Origin: an uncultured Acidobacteriota bacterium
Lineage (GTDB): Bacteria; Acidobacteriota; Terriglobia; Acidiferrales; UBA7541
Assembly: GCA_963815265.1 (NCBI GenBank)
Contig: CAWFGI010000022.1
Location: 713,870 to 777,869 of the forward strand
Length of the DNA: 64,000 nt
Direction of reading: 5' to 3'
The notes below the pieces were generated by a model, which saw nothing but the letters and a program-made list of their open reading frames with translations, searched no databases and had not been told where the DNA came from. Position 1 is the stretch's first letter. Each line of letters starts with the position of its first letter. A program made the translations under genes and the position numbers. Shown here piece by piece: positions 55,904 to 64,000 of this stretch.

Positions 55904-57220
55904 TCACTGGGCGGATGCGAGCGGCCGGACGCGCACAACGAGTACTGCAACGCCCGCCGCGAGCGCAGCAAGCATCATCCAGGTAAAAGATGCGTGGAAC
56001 GAATGGGTGCGCGCAGTGAGGTGACCCGTGAGGTAAGGACCGGCGAAGCCCCCTGTCAGGGCGATGCAATTAATCAAGCCGGTGCTGGCTGCTCCAGCCG
56101 ATTCTCCGAGGAATGCGGAAGGAATGGCCCAAAAACTTGTGACGAATGCGAGAAGGCAGCCGTTCGCAACGCCAAGCAGCACCACCGTGGGCCATGCGCT
56201 GGGACGGAACGCGAGGATCAGAAGGAGGCACGCCGCGCAAAGTAGCGATGGAATCGCGGTGTGCCAGCGGTGCTCGCGGACATGGTCGGAATGCCAGCCA
56301 TTGGCTTGCATGGCGATGAGACTTGCCACGTAGATCAGCGAAACCACGAGCGTGACGCGAAAATCGGGCAGACCAGTAAGGCGCTTCAAGATCGTTGGAA
56401 GCCAGAAGACGAAGCTGTAGGCGATGACGGCATGAAGAAAGTAAGCGAAAGTAAGCAGCAGAACGCGCGGGTCGCGAAAGGCTTGCCACACTGTGTAGGA
56501 GCGAATGGATCTTTTGGCTGCGGCTTCCTCGCTGAGCCGCGCCGATAGCCACTCGCGCTGATTTTCCGGCAGCCAAGCTGCGTCGCGCGGCCAATCCGTA
56601 AGATAAAACCACGTAACGATGCCGAAGATGATTGCCGGGAGACCTTCGAGAATAAAAAGCCAGCGCCAGCCGCTTACTCCGTACCAGTGCACCCCGAGCA
56701 GCCAGCCCGATATCGGCGAACCGATGATAAACGAGAGCGGAATCGCGCCCATAAAGGCAGCCACGGATTTTGATCGGTCGGAGTAAATAAACCAGTGCGT
56801 GAGGTAGACAAGCACTCCGGGGAAAAATCCGGCTTCAGCGAGACCCAGGAGAAATCGCAGAGAATAGAATTGGCCGGCGGTATGTATGAATGCCATGCCG
56901 ACGCTTACGATTCCCCAGGTGACCATGATGCGCGAGAGCCAGCGGCGCGCGCCCCATTTTTCGACGATCACAGCGCCGGGAATTTCGAGCAGGAAGTATC
57001 CGGCGAAGAAAATTCCGGAACCGAACCCCAACACGCGATCGTCGAAGCCGAGTTCCCGCGGCATCTGCAGAGCAGCGGTCGAGATATTGGTGCGGTCGAG
57101 GAACGCGATGATGTAGAGGATTGCGAGGTACGGCAGTAAACGGAGCGCCACGCGGCGGCGGGCGCGATTAGCCACCTCCGTCGTATTTGTGATCATGCTC
57201 CGCCGAGCGGGAGACACCAA
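55904..57220 (-). CDS. MFS transporter (anion:cation symporter-like)
   Basis: 12 TM helices, LPYLAILYIIAFLDRTNIS and GARRWLSRIM loop motifs. Confidence 0.88.
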   Translation of the reverse strand: MVSPARRSMITNTTEVANRARRRVALRLLPYLAILYIIAFLDRTNISTAALQMPRELGFDDRVLGFGSGIFFAGYFLLEIPGAVIVEKWGARRWLSRIMVTWGIVSVGMAFIHTAGQFYSLRFLLGLAEAGFFPGVLVYLTHWFIYSDRSKSVAAFMGAIPLSFIIGSPISGWLLGVHWYGVSGWRWLFILEGLPAIIFGIVTWFYLTDWPRDAAWLPENQREWLSARLSEEAAAKRSIRSYTVWQAFRDPRVLLLTFAYFLHAVIAYSFVFWLPTILKRLTGLPDFRVTLVVSLIYVASLIAMQANGWHSDHVREHRWHTAIPSLLCAACLLLILAFRPSAWPTVVLLGVANGCLLAFVTSFWAIPSAFLGESAGAASTGLINCIALTGGFAGPYLTGHLTARTHSFHASFTWMMLAALAAGVAVLVVRVRPLASAQ

Positions 57221-57251
57221 TTCAACAACAAAGGATTTTCACAGCCTTGAA

Positions 57252-58073
57252 TCACGCTACAGCGGTTGAGGAGCGCGTTGATCCCGATTCCAAGCGGCGC
57301 AGAACGGCGCGAACTGCGGCGGCCAGCTCGTCCTGGCTCACATGGCTCTTGCGGAATTGCAGGCGCACCGTGAACGAGCCGTCTTCAGCTTCATAGTTGT
57401 AGACGAAAGGCTGCGGACGCGGAGCGGTGCCGGTTTCATCCTTGCGCGATTTGCGGGCTTCATCGCGCGTCAGGCCGCCCTGCGAAATACGATGAACCAT
57501 CTCGGTCATCTTTTTCTCATTGGGCTGTCGCGAGACCTGAAGAAGCAGCGATTTCGATACGATGCCGTTCTCGACGCACTCGCGGCGAACCGATTCCGGA
57601 ATCACGCGCAGCGACATGCTTTCAGTGACGGACGAGCGGGCGCGCCCGATTTTCTTGGCGATGTCGTCATGCGTGTAGTCGAAGTGATCGGCAAGCCGCT
57701 GCAAACCGTCGGCTTCTTCAAAGGGCGTGAGGTCCTTGCGCTGGAGATTCTCGATCAGCGCAAGCTCGAGCGTTTCCGCATCGTCGGCAATCTTCTCGAT
57801 ACACGGAAGCTCATGCAGGCCCGCAGCTTTCGAAGCATGATAGCGACGCTCACCGGAAATAATGTAGTAGGTATCTTCGCGCGGGATGTAGCGCACCAGC
57901 AGCGGCTCCAGTACGCCCTTTTGGCGGATCGAATCGGAAAGTTCGCGAATATCGCCGATGAATTTGCGCGGCTGATCGGGATTCGGGCGAATCTTATCGA
58001 TCGGGATCATGCGGCCAATGGACGCGCCACTGAAACTCGTCAGAGTTTCTACGTAGTGGGCGTCATGCCGCAT
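57252..58073 (-). CDS. parB: Chromosome partitioning protein ParB/Spo0J
   Basis: IDKIRPNPDQPRK, GVLEPLLVR, IISGERRYHASKAAG, and HTH THDDIAKKIGRARSSVTESM. The start is uncertain (track ORF extends to 58253). Confidence 0.85.
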   Translation of the reverse strand: MRHDAHYVETLTSFSGASIGRMIPIDKIRPNPDQPRKFIGDIRELSDSIRQKGVLEPLLVRYIPREDTYYIISGERRYHASKAAGLHELPCIEKIADDAETLELALIENLQRKDLTPFEEADGLQRLADHFDYTHDDIAKKIGRARSSVTESMSLRVIPESVRRECVENGIVSKSLLLQVSRQPNEKKMTEMVHRISQGGLTRDEARKSRKDETGTAPRPQPFVYNYEAEDGSFTVRLQFRKSHVSQDELAAAVRAVLRRLESGSTRSSTAVA

Positions 58074-58863
58074 CTTGAGAGTGACGGGTAACCCGATCCT
58101 CTTGGACACGTTGTAATACCTCCTGGGCCAGTTTCTTGTAGTCATCGGCGCCGGAAGATTTCGGCGCGTAGGTAAAAACAGTTTCTTTGTAGGCGGGGCT
58201 TTCTTCCAGGCGCACGTTCTTGCTGATGCGCGTCTTGAAGAGCGCATTGCCAAACGTGGCGCGAATCTGCTCGTGCGTGTCGCGCGAAATATTCGTGCGT
58301 TTATCGAAGAGCGTGATCACCACCCCGAGAACTTTCAAATCCGGATTAGGACGCGCGCGGATGCGGGCATAAGTCTCCAGCAAATCGTCCGTGCCTTCGA
58401 TCGCAAAATACGCGGCTTGAATCGGCACGAGAAGGTGCGTCGATGCGACCAGCGCATTCACCGTGAGGATGCCGAGCGCCGGAGGTGTATCCATCACGAT
58501 GAAGTCGAAGTCTTTGAGCACCGGCGCGAGAGCGTCTTTCAACTTGAATGGCGCGTCGAATGCTCCGGCTAGCTGCTGTTCGAGGCGCGCAAGGGCCAGG
58601 CGAGCCGGCGCGACAAAGAGATAGGGATCCTTTGTCGGGCGAATGATCTTCGACATCTCCGCGGAATGCTCGGCGAAAATGTCGTACATAGTGGTCTGGA
58701 TGTCGGCCGGGTCGAAAAACGCGATGGTGGCGTTGGATTGCGGGTCGAGATCGATGAGCAGAGTCTTCTTTTTCTTCAGAGCGATAGCGGCAGCCAGATT
58801 GATGGAAGTTGTAGTCTTTCCGACGCCGCCTTTTTGGTTTGCGACTGAAAGGACGCAGGTCAA
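58063..58863 (-). CDS. parA: ParA/Soj partitioning ATPase
   Basis: Deviant Walker A VANQKGGVGKTTTSINLAAA, LIDLDPQSNAT, and IVMDTPPALG. Confidence 0.95.
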   Translation of the reverse strand: MTCVLSVANQKGGVGKTTTSINLAAAIALKKKKTLLIDLDPQSNATIAFFDPADIQTTMYDIFAEHSAEMSKIIRPTKDPYLFVAPARLALARLEQQLAGAFDAPFKLKDALAPVLKDFDFIVMDTPPALGILTVNALVASTHLLVPIQAAYFAIEGTDDLLETYARIRARPNPDLKVLGVVITLFDKRTNISRDTHEQIRATFGNALFKTRISKNVRLEESPAYKETVFTYAPKSSGADDYKKLAQEVLQRVQEDRVTRHSQDAA

Positions 58864-59069
58864 GCCGTGCCCCTCGCTCCACCTGTGGCAACCCGGGGCC
58901 TATATATGGCACTTCACCCGGGCTACACCACAAGTTGGGTAACTCTACCGATTCTAACCCGCTCACTGCAAGCGAAAAATGCGATTTCCGCTGATTATCA
59001 GCACATCGGAGGCAGGCCTAATGCGCTGGTAGAATGCTCGCGTCTAAGAACCGAGCCGCGAACCTGCAT

Positions 59070-59568
59070 ATGATCGGACTCAAGACACGTTTCGCGACCG
59101 ACGCCGACGCGGAAGTAATCGCCGCTCTGGTGAACGCCGCTTTCAAAGTGGAGCGTTTCTTCATTGATCGCGACCGAATCGATCCCGGCAAGGTTCGCGA
59201 AATGCTGCGCAACGGCAAGTATTTGCTGGCTGAAGATAGCGGCGCATTGATCGCGTGCATGTACGTGGAGCTGCGGGGGAAGCGCGCCTATTTAAGGGCT
59301 GCTCGGAGTGGATCCTTCGCGGCAGGGCCAGGGCCTCGGACGAAAGATGGTGGAGGAAGCGGAAGACTACGCGCGGGCGGCGGGCTGCGAATTCATGGAT
59401 TTACGGATCGTCAATTTGCGCGCCGAACTACCGCCATTTTATCGGCGGCTGGGATATGTAGAAACGGGCACTGAACCATTCGCGGCGGACGCCGAGCCGA
59501 GCCAGCCGTGCCATTTTATAAACATGTCGAAACCGCTGGGAACGGCTCGCGCGGCGGAAAATACCTAG
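59070..59568 (+). pseudogene. GNAT-family N-acetyltransferase interrupted by a 1-nt insertion
   Basis: Frame A gives MIGLKTRFATDADAEVIAALVNAAF...CMYVELRGKRAYL. After the extra A at 59294/59295, the sequence GLLGVDPSRQGQGLGRKMVEEAEDYARAAGCEFMDLRIVN...FYRRLGYVETG (motif A) continues in the +1 frame (track ORF 59308..59568). Confidence 0.75.
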
Positions 59569-59605
59569 ATCGTCAAACCGACTCGGGGCGATTGATTTTG
59601 GCAGG

Positions 59606-60091
59606 CTACATCTTGTAGCGCCCGAGATCCTCGTCGTTCAGATTCTCGAGCCACTTGCGCAGCTCTTCGTTGGAGCTTTTCTCGGAGATGGCGCTGGCGG
59701 TGCGCGAATTCTTCAGCACTTCGTCCTCGACGAAAATTGGGCAGTCGAGCCGCAGCGCAAGAGCGAGCGCATCGCTCGGCCGCGAATCCATCGACATGAG
59801 CTGGCCATCGCGTTCCATCCAGATGAGCGCATAGAAAGTGTCGTCCTTCAAATCGGACACCACCACTTTCTGCACGTGGACATTCAGCCCGGTCAGGACG
59901 TTCTTGAGAAGATCGTGCGTCATCGGGCGCGGCGTCTGCACTTTTTCGATTTCGAGCGCGATGGCGTTCGCTTCATACACGCCCACCCAGATCGGAAGCA
60001 CCCCGCTGCCGGCGGTTTCTTTCAACACCACGACAGGCATATTTGTTACCGGGTCCATCATCAATCCGCGGATTTTGCATTCGAGTTCCAT
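59606..60091 (-). CDS. Bifunctional nuclease (BFN/DUF151) family protein
   Basis: PVVVLKE......LPIWVG..EA.AI........RPMTHDLL ... DSRPSDALALALR. Confidence 0.85.
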   Translation of the reverse strand: MELECKIRGLMMDPVTNMPVVVLKETAGSGVLPIWVGVYEANAIALEIEKVQTPRPMTHDLLKNVLTGLNVHVQKVVVSDLKDDTFYALIWMERDGQLMSMDSRPSDALALALRLDCPIFVEDEVLKNSRTASAISEKSSNEELRKWLENLNDEDLGRYKM

Positions 60092-60120
60092 GCCTGGCCT
60101 CCCGCTACCGGGTCTCTAAC

Positions 60121-61566
60121 TCACTGCGCATCCTCGTTCACCGCTTGCTCGCCCTGCACTTCCTCACCGATTAAACTATTCGGTGCGCTGCGCGTGATGT
60201 GCACCTGAACGTATTGTCCCAGAAGATTCTCGCGCGATGTAGAAAAATTTACGATGCGGTTGCTGGTGGTTCGCCCGGCCCATTGATTGCGCGCGGTGTG
60301 ATGCGTGTCCACGAGCACTTCGAAGCCCGCGCCGACGAGTTTTTCGTTGCGCGCGATTTGAATCTGCCGCTGGCGTTCGTTCAGGATGGCGAGGCGGCGG
60401 CTCTTTTCTTCCTCGGGAATCGCATCCGGCAGCGCGAGCGAGGGCGTATTGGGGCGCGGTGAATATTTGAACGCGAAGACCCCGTCGCTTTGTATCGCAT
60501 CGAGCAGCGTCAGAGTCTCTTCAAAATCCGCTTCCGTCTCGCCGGGGAAGCCGACGATCGCGTCGGTAGTCAGGCTGAACTGCCGGCGCGCCCCGTGAAT
60601 CCAGCTGATTTTCTCGAGGTATTGCTCTCGTGTGTAGGTGCGCCGCATTTCGCGCAGGATGCGCGTAGAGCCGGACTGCACCGGGAGATGAATGTGGTCG
60701 CAGAGCGCAGGTGTGGCATCGATGGCTTCGACGATTTCGCGCGTGAAGTCGTTCGGATGCGAGGTAGTGAAGCGCACGCGGCGAATTCCTTCGATGCCAG
60801 CCACGGCCAGCAGTAGATCGACGAAATTCCATTTGCGCGGCGAGGGATCGCGATAGGAATTCACCGTTTGCCCGAGCAGTTGAATCTCCGTGTAGCCGCT
60901 ATCCGCAAGACGCCGCACTTCCGCGAGAATCGAATCGCTGGCGCAGCTGCGTTCCGGCCCGCGCGTGTGCGGCACCACACAATACGAACAGGAATAGTCG
61001 CAGCCTTCGATGATCGTGAGATATGCGCGAAAGGGATTATCGCGGCGCGTGATCTCAGTTTCGAATGTTTCCTCAGTATCGAGGTCGAGGCCCGTCACAC
61101 GCCGGCCGCCCGATTCCACCTGCTCGATCAGATTCGGCAAATTGCGATAGCTCGCCGAGCCGCACACCAGGCTCACCCACGGCGCGCGCTCGAAGATTTC
61201 TTCGCCTTCCTGCTGCGCCACACAGCCAAGGACGCCGATCACTTTCTTGTTCGCCTTCGCCGCGAATTTGAAGTCGTTGAGGCGCTGAAACACCTTCTGC
61301 GCAGCCTTCTCGCGGATGCTGCACGTGTTGTAGAGCAGAAAATCCGCATCCGCCGCGGCCTCGACCGGCCGGTAACCGCGCTCCAGCAGCACGCCAGCCA
61401 CTTTTTCCGAGTCGTGAACGTTCATCTGGCAGCCGAACGTCTCGATGTAGAACGATTTCGCTTGAGGATAAGTGCCGGTGGCCTCCCGATAGGAAGAGAC
61501 GGAAGCAACTAGCATTCCGTTCGCGTCGATCAAGGAATTTATTTCGATATCAAAGGGCTTGGCCAT
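60121..61566 (-). CDS. miaB: tRNA-2-methylthio-N6-dimethylallyladenosine synthase
   Basis: FYIETFGCQMNVHDSE, radical-SAM GCDYSCSYCVVP, and a TRAM C-terminus. Confidence 0.95.
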   Translation of the reverse strand: MAKPFDIEINSLIDANGMLVASVSSYREATGTYPQAKSFYIETFGCQMNVHDSEKVAGVLLERGYRPVEAAADADFLLYNTCSIREKAAQKVFQRLNDFKFAAKANKKVIGVLGCVAQQEGEEIFERAPWVSLVCGSASYRNLPNLIEQVESGGRRVTGLDLDTEETFETEITRRDNPFRAYLTIIEGCDYSCSYCVVPHTRGPERSCASDSILAEVRRLADSGYTEIQLLGQTVNSYRDPSPRKWNFVDLLLAVAGIEGIRRVRFTTSHPNDFTREIVEAIDATPALCDHIHLPVQSGSTRILREMRRTYTREQYLEKISWIHGARRQFSLTTDAIVGFPGETEADFEETLTLLDAIQSDGVFAFKYSPRPNTPSLALPDAIPEEEKSRRLAILNERQRQIQIARNEKLVGAGFEVLVDTHHTARNQWAGRTTSNRIVNFSTSRENLLGQYVQVHITRSAPNSLIGEEVQGEQAVNEDAQ

Positions 61567-61655
61567 CTCTGAATTGTCATTTTAGCACAGCGGCTGCCAT
61601 GAGCTTTGAAAACGGGGATTTTCGCGCTTAGAATTTGCTTCTGAGGGGTGACGCC

Positions 61656-62216
61656 GTGGAAGACTTCACATCCGATATCGATTCGGCGCTCACGAGCGAG
61701 GGGCAAATTGCGAAAGACCTCGTTCTCTCGTGGATCGAACGTGCTTCGAGTCTCTCTACCCTCTCGAAGCTCTACAGGCTCACCGGTGAGGGATACTATC
61801 GCATCCAGCCCGAGCTTGGCGCAGACCCCACATGCGCTCTCATTCAGCGCTACCTCATCCAGTGTATTCGCGAGAACGTTGAAGACGATGATGACATCGA
61901 AAGCAGATTCGATGCCGCTATGTCGCTTCATACATGGTTCCGCCACCTGCTAAAGATGACCAAAGATGAAATTCTCAAACGAGCAGCCCACTCGATTACT
62001 GAACTCTACTTAACAAGTGATGACGCCATTCGGGATGCAGTCGAGAACGGGTTTCTTGAGCATGCGTTGGAGACGGCAGCCCTTCGGCCATACTTTGAGT
62101 ATTGGTCGCGCGACGAGCGCCTGCGAGATGCCTGGAAGCGCGCGTTAGAGTGGGGACAAGCTCATCCGGATGATATGGAGAAGATGTTCCAGCGATTAGG
62201 GCAGATTAAATCCTGA
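61656..62216 (+). CDS. Hypothetical helical protein
   Basis: GTG at 61656 after GAGGGG, 186 aa. No family recognised. Confidence 0.4.
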   Translation: MEDFTSDIDSALTSEGQIAKDLVLSWIERASSLSTLSKLYRLTGEGYYRIQPELGADPTCALIQRYLIQCIRENVEDDDDIESRFDAAMSLHTWFRHLLKMTKDEILKRAAHSITELYLTSDDAIRDAVENGFLEHALETAALRPYFEYWSRDERLRDAWKRALEWGQAHPDDMEKMFQRLGQIKS

Positions 62217-62355
62217 ATGTGAGGCCTTTTCCAATCAGCAATTGTCAATTTGGATTGAGCTCTCTCTGCAGGGACAGGGTGCTAGGACTACACCTGTGTC
62301 GTGAGAGGCAGCAGACAAATTCCTTGCATCTGGCTGATTTGTTTGAAACTCCGGG

Positions 62356-63138
62356 ATGCGTGTGCTACGGTTGTTTCGTAGTTGGAGGAAATACTTTTTC
62401 TGGGGGAATACGATTTCCTGCCTGGCGTCGCTCCTTTTTGCCAGCCGCCTCGATACCCTGATTGAACAAACGGGATGGGTGGCTCGCATCGTTCTCTGTA
62501 TCCTGCTGATTCTTTCCGTCTACTCCTGGGCAATTATTTTCAAAAAATCCGGGCAATTTTCGCGGATCGATTCCCAAACTTCGCGCTTCCTGCAGATTTT
62601 CCGCGCCGGTGGCGGCTTGCCCGCGCCCAGCACGCTTCGGGCAAGCGCCGGCGGAACTCCTCTCGCCAGCGTCTATCAAGCCGGCTATCGCGAACTCGAA
62701 GCCCAGATGAATAGCGGCAATCCGCGCCCAGGGAATCCAAATCCCGCGGGCGGAAATCCCGGCAAACTGAAGAATCCGAGCGCCGTTGGCGTAGAGATGC
62801 ATCTCGCAGCAGCGGAAGAAGTGCGGCGGCTGGAAAAAGGAATGTCTTGGCTGGCCACCACAGGTTCCGTGTCGCCGTTCATCGGCCTATTCGGCACAGT
62901 GTGGGGCGTGATGGACGCCTTTGCGGGCCTCGGCGATGCCGGAACCGCAAGCCTGCGCGCAGTAGCGCCCGGAATTGCCGAAGCGCTGATTACCACCGCG
63001 GCGGGCCTGTTCGCCGCGATCCCGGCCGTGATCGCTTACAACCACTATCTTTCCAGCATTCGCGGCGTAGCCACGCGCATGGATAATTTCGCGTCGGAGT
63101 TTGTCAGCAAGATCGAAACGATTTACAGCCCGAACTAG
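62356..63138 (+). CDS. MotA/TolQ/ExbB proton-channel family protein (TolQ-like)
   Basis: ILLILSVYSWAIIFKK and LATTGSVSPFIGLFGTVWGVMDAF...EALITTAAGL. The start is uncertain. Confidence 0.85.
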   Translation: MRVLRLFRSWRKYFFWGNTISCLASLLFASRLDTLIEQTGWVARIVLCILLILSVYSWAIIFKKSGQFSRIDSQTSRFLQIFRAGGGLPAPSTLRASAGGTPLASVYQAGYRELEAQMNSGNPRPGNPNPAGGNPGKLKNPSAVGVEMHLAAAEEVRRLEKGMSWLATTGSVSPFIGLFGTVWGVMDAFAGLGDAGTASLRAVAPGIAEALITTAAGLFAAIPAVIAYNHYLSSIRGVATRMDNFASEFVSKIETIYSPN

Positions 63139-63174
63139 ATCGACGAATCAAACAGCAAAGCCTCGAGACACACC

Positions 63175-63594
63175 ATGCCACAAACACAACGCGGAACGGA
63201 CACCACGCTAGCGGACATCAACATGGTGCCGTTCATCGACGTCGTCCTCGTTCTGCTGATTATTTTCATGATCACGGCGCCGATCCTGCAGTCCGGGATT
63301 GAAGTCGACGTCCCGAAAACCAAAACCGTCAAGGAACTCACCGAAGTTCGCCAGGTGGTGACGATCGACCGCGCGCAACGCGTCTACCTGAACGACAAAC
63401 CCGTAAACATCCACGACCTCGGCCAGCAGGTGTTGGCACAATCACGAACAAAAGATCCCGCGCATCAAGCGGTCTACGTTCGCTGCGACGAGACGGTGCC
63501 TTTTGGCAGCTGGGCCACTGTGGTCGATGCGCTGCGCCAGGCCGGCATCCAAAACGTTAGCGTGGTGACGCAACCGCTCAACCAGACACATTGA
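63175..63594 (+). CDS. ExbD/TolR-family biopolymer transport protein
   Basis: LADINMVPFIDVVLVLLIIFMITAP. Confidence 0.9.
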   Translation: MPQTQRGTDTTLADINMVPFIDVVLVLLIIFMITAPILQSGIEVDVPKTKTVKELTEVRQVVTIDRAQRVYLNDKPVNIHDLGQQVLAQSRTKDPAHQAVYVRCDETVPFGSWATVVDALRQAGIQNVSVVTQPLNQTH

Positions 63595-63595
63595 A

Positions 63596-64000
63596 ATGTC
63601 AGCTCTCGCTTCAGACATCGCACTCGATAACCCAGCCGATAATCTGAAAATACCGCTGTCGCTCTCGGTGCTGATGCACGCGGCGCTCGCAGGCTTTCTG
63701 ATCTACTCCGGTATCCATTCCCACACCGGCGATTTGTGGGGCGGTGCAGGCGGAGCAATCACGGTGGGACTCGTTGGCAACGTGCCGGGAATTCCGATGC
63801 CGCGGCCGGAGATGGAAACGCCCAATCGCGTGGTAGATGAATCGAAGGGACTTTATAAAGCCGAGCCGGCGCCGGAAGTGAAAGAGCCGCCGCCTCCGGA
63901 CACGATCGCGCTGCCAAAATTCAAACTTGAAAAGCCCCAGCCGAAATACAATTCGCGCAAATCGAAACTCCTCGAGAATCCCACGCCGCCTCCCGAAAAC
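63596..64000 (+). CDS. TolA/TonB-like protein, N-terminal part (runs off the window)
   Basis: ATG at 63596, 1 nt after the TolR-like stop. It has a TM helix LSLSVLMHAALAGFLIY followed by a Pro/Lys/Glu-rich linker (EPAPEVKEPPPPD...PTPPPEN). Confidence 0.6.
   Translation, partial: MSALASDIALDNPADNLKIPLSLSVLMHAALAGFLIYSGIHSHTGDLWGGAGGAITVGLVGNVPGIPMPRPEMETPNRVVDESKGLYKAEPAPEVKEPPPPDTIALPKFKLEKPQPKYNSRKSKLLENPTPPPEN

Noticed and set aside
57252-59069. A parS site (TGTTTCACGTGAAACA-like) in or near parAB.
   Set aside because: I could not find any close match by eye in parB, parA or the upstream spacer. A site may exist elsewhere, and a proper pattern search is needed.
1-64000. Mobile elements, prophage, integrases, defence islands (RM, CBASS, retron, Abi) and secondary-metabolite megasynthases.
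   Set aside because: No transposase, integrase, reverse transcriptase, large ATPase/nuclease or phage structural signatures appear in any frame. The only defence-adjacent items are the decayed RelE/ParE pair and the housekeeping-type MazG.

Overview
A 64-kb chromosomal segment from a moderately GC-rich Gram-negative bacterium. Gene content and repeat types look Acidobacteriota-like, but that is inference only. I call about 70 protein genes and see no rRNA, tRNA, CRISPR array, IS element or prophage. Housekeeping genes include ppdK, udk, glyQ-glyS-recO, ribF, miaB, mazG, parA-parB and a TolQ/TolR/TolA-like start. There are also redox genes (bcp, a YpdA-like disulfide reductase plus a Fur-family regulator), signalling genes (MCP, GGDEF, PilZ), a run of general-stress-type small envelope proteins, and one RHH/RelE-ParE toxin-antitoxin pair. 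Points most worth follow-up: (1) A peroxiredoxin-like gene at the left edge has an in-frame TGA exactly where homologues carry the first CxxC cysteine, followed by a stem-loop, so it is a candidate selenoprotein. (2) Strand composition and codon third-position usage flip with origin-type polarity around 43.5-44.7 kb. After the flip, 18 consecutive genes lie on the apparent lagging strand. (3) A secreted-protein gene at 49.5-50.0 kb has essentially only C/A-ending codons and is bracketed by 54-bp REP-bearing direct repeats plus an outer 12-bp direct repeat. (4) A GTAG-flanked REP/BIME-like repeat family occurs at several sites. (5) Three single-nucleotide frameshifts hit a RelE/ParE toxin, the catalytic-His tail of an S9 peptidase (poly-G tract) and a GNAT. 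These are real decay, phase variation or assembly indels. (6) Three tightly coupled operons have no known pathway: desaturase/unknown/HTTM-like, porin/PBP-like/MCP, and ATP-grasp/LLM oxidoreductase. I did not find a clear-cut novel multi-gene system such as a defence island. All family assignments come from motif recognition by eye, not from searches.
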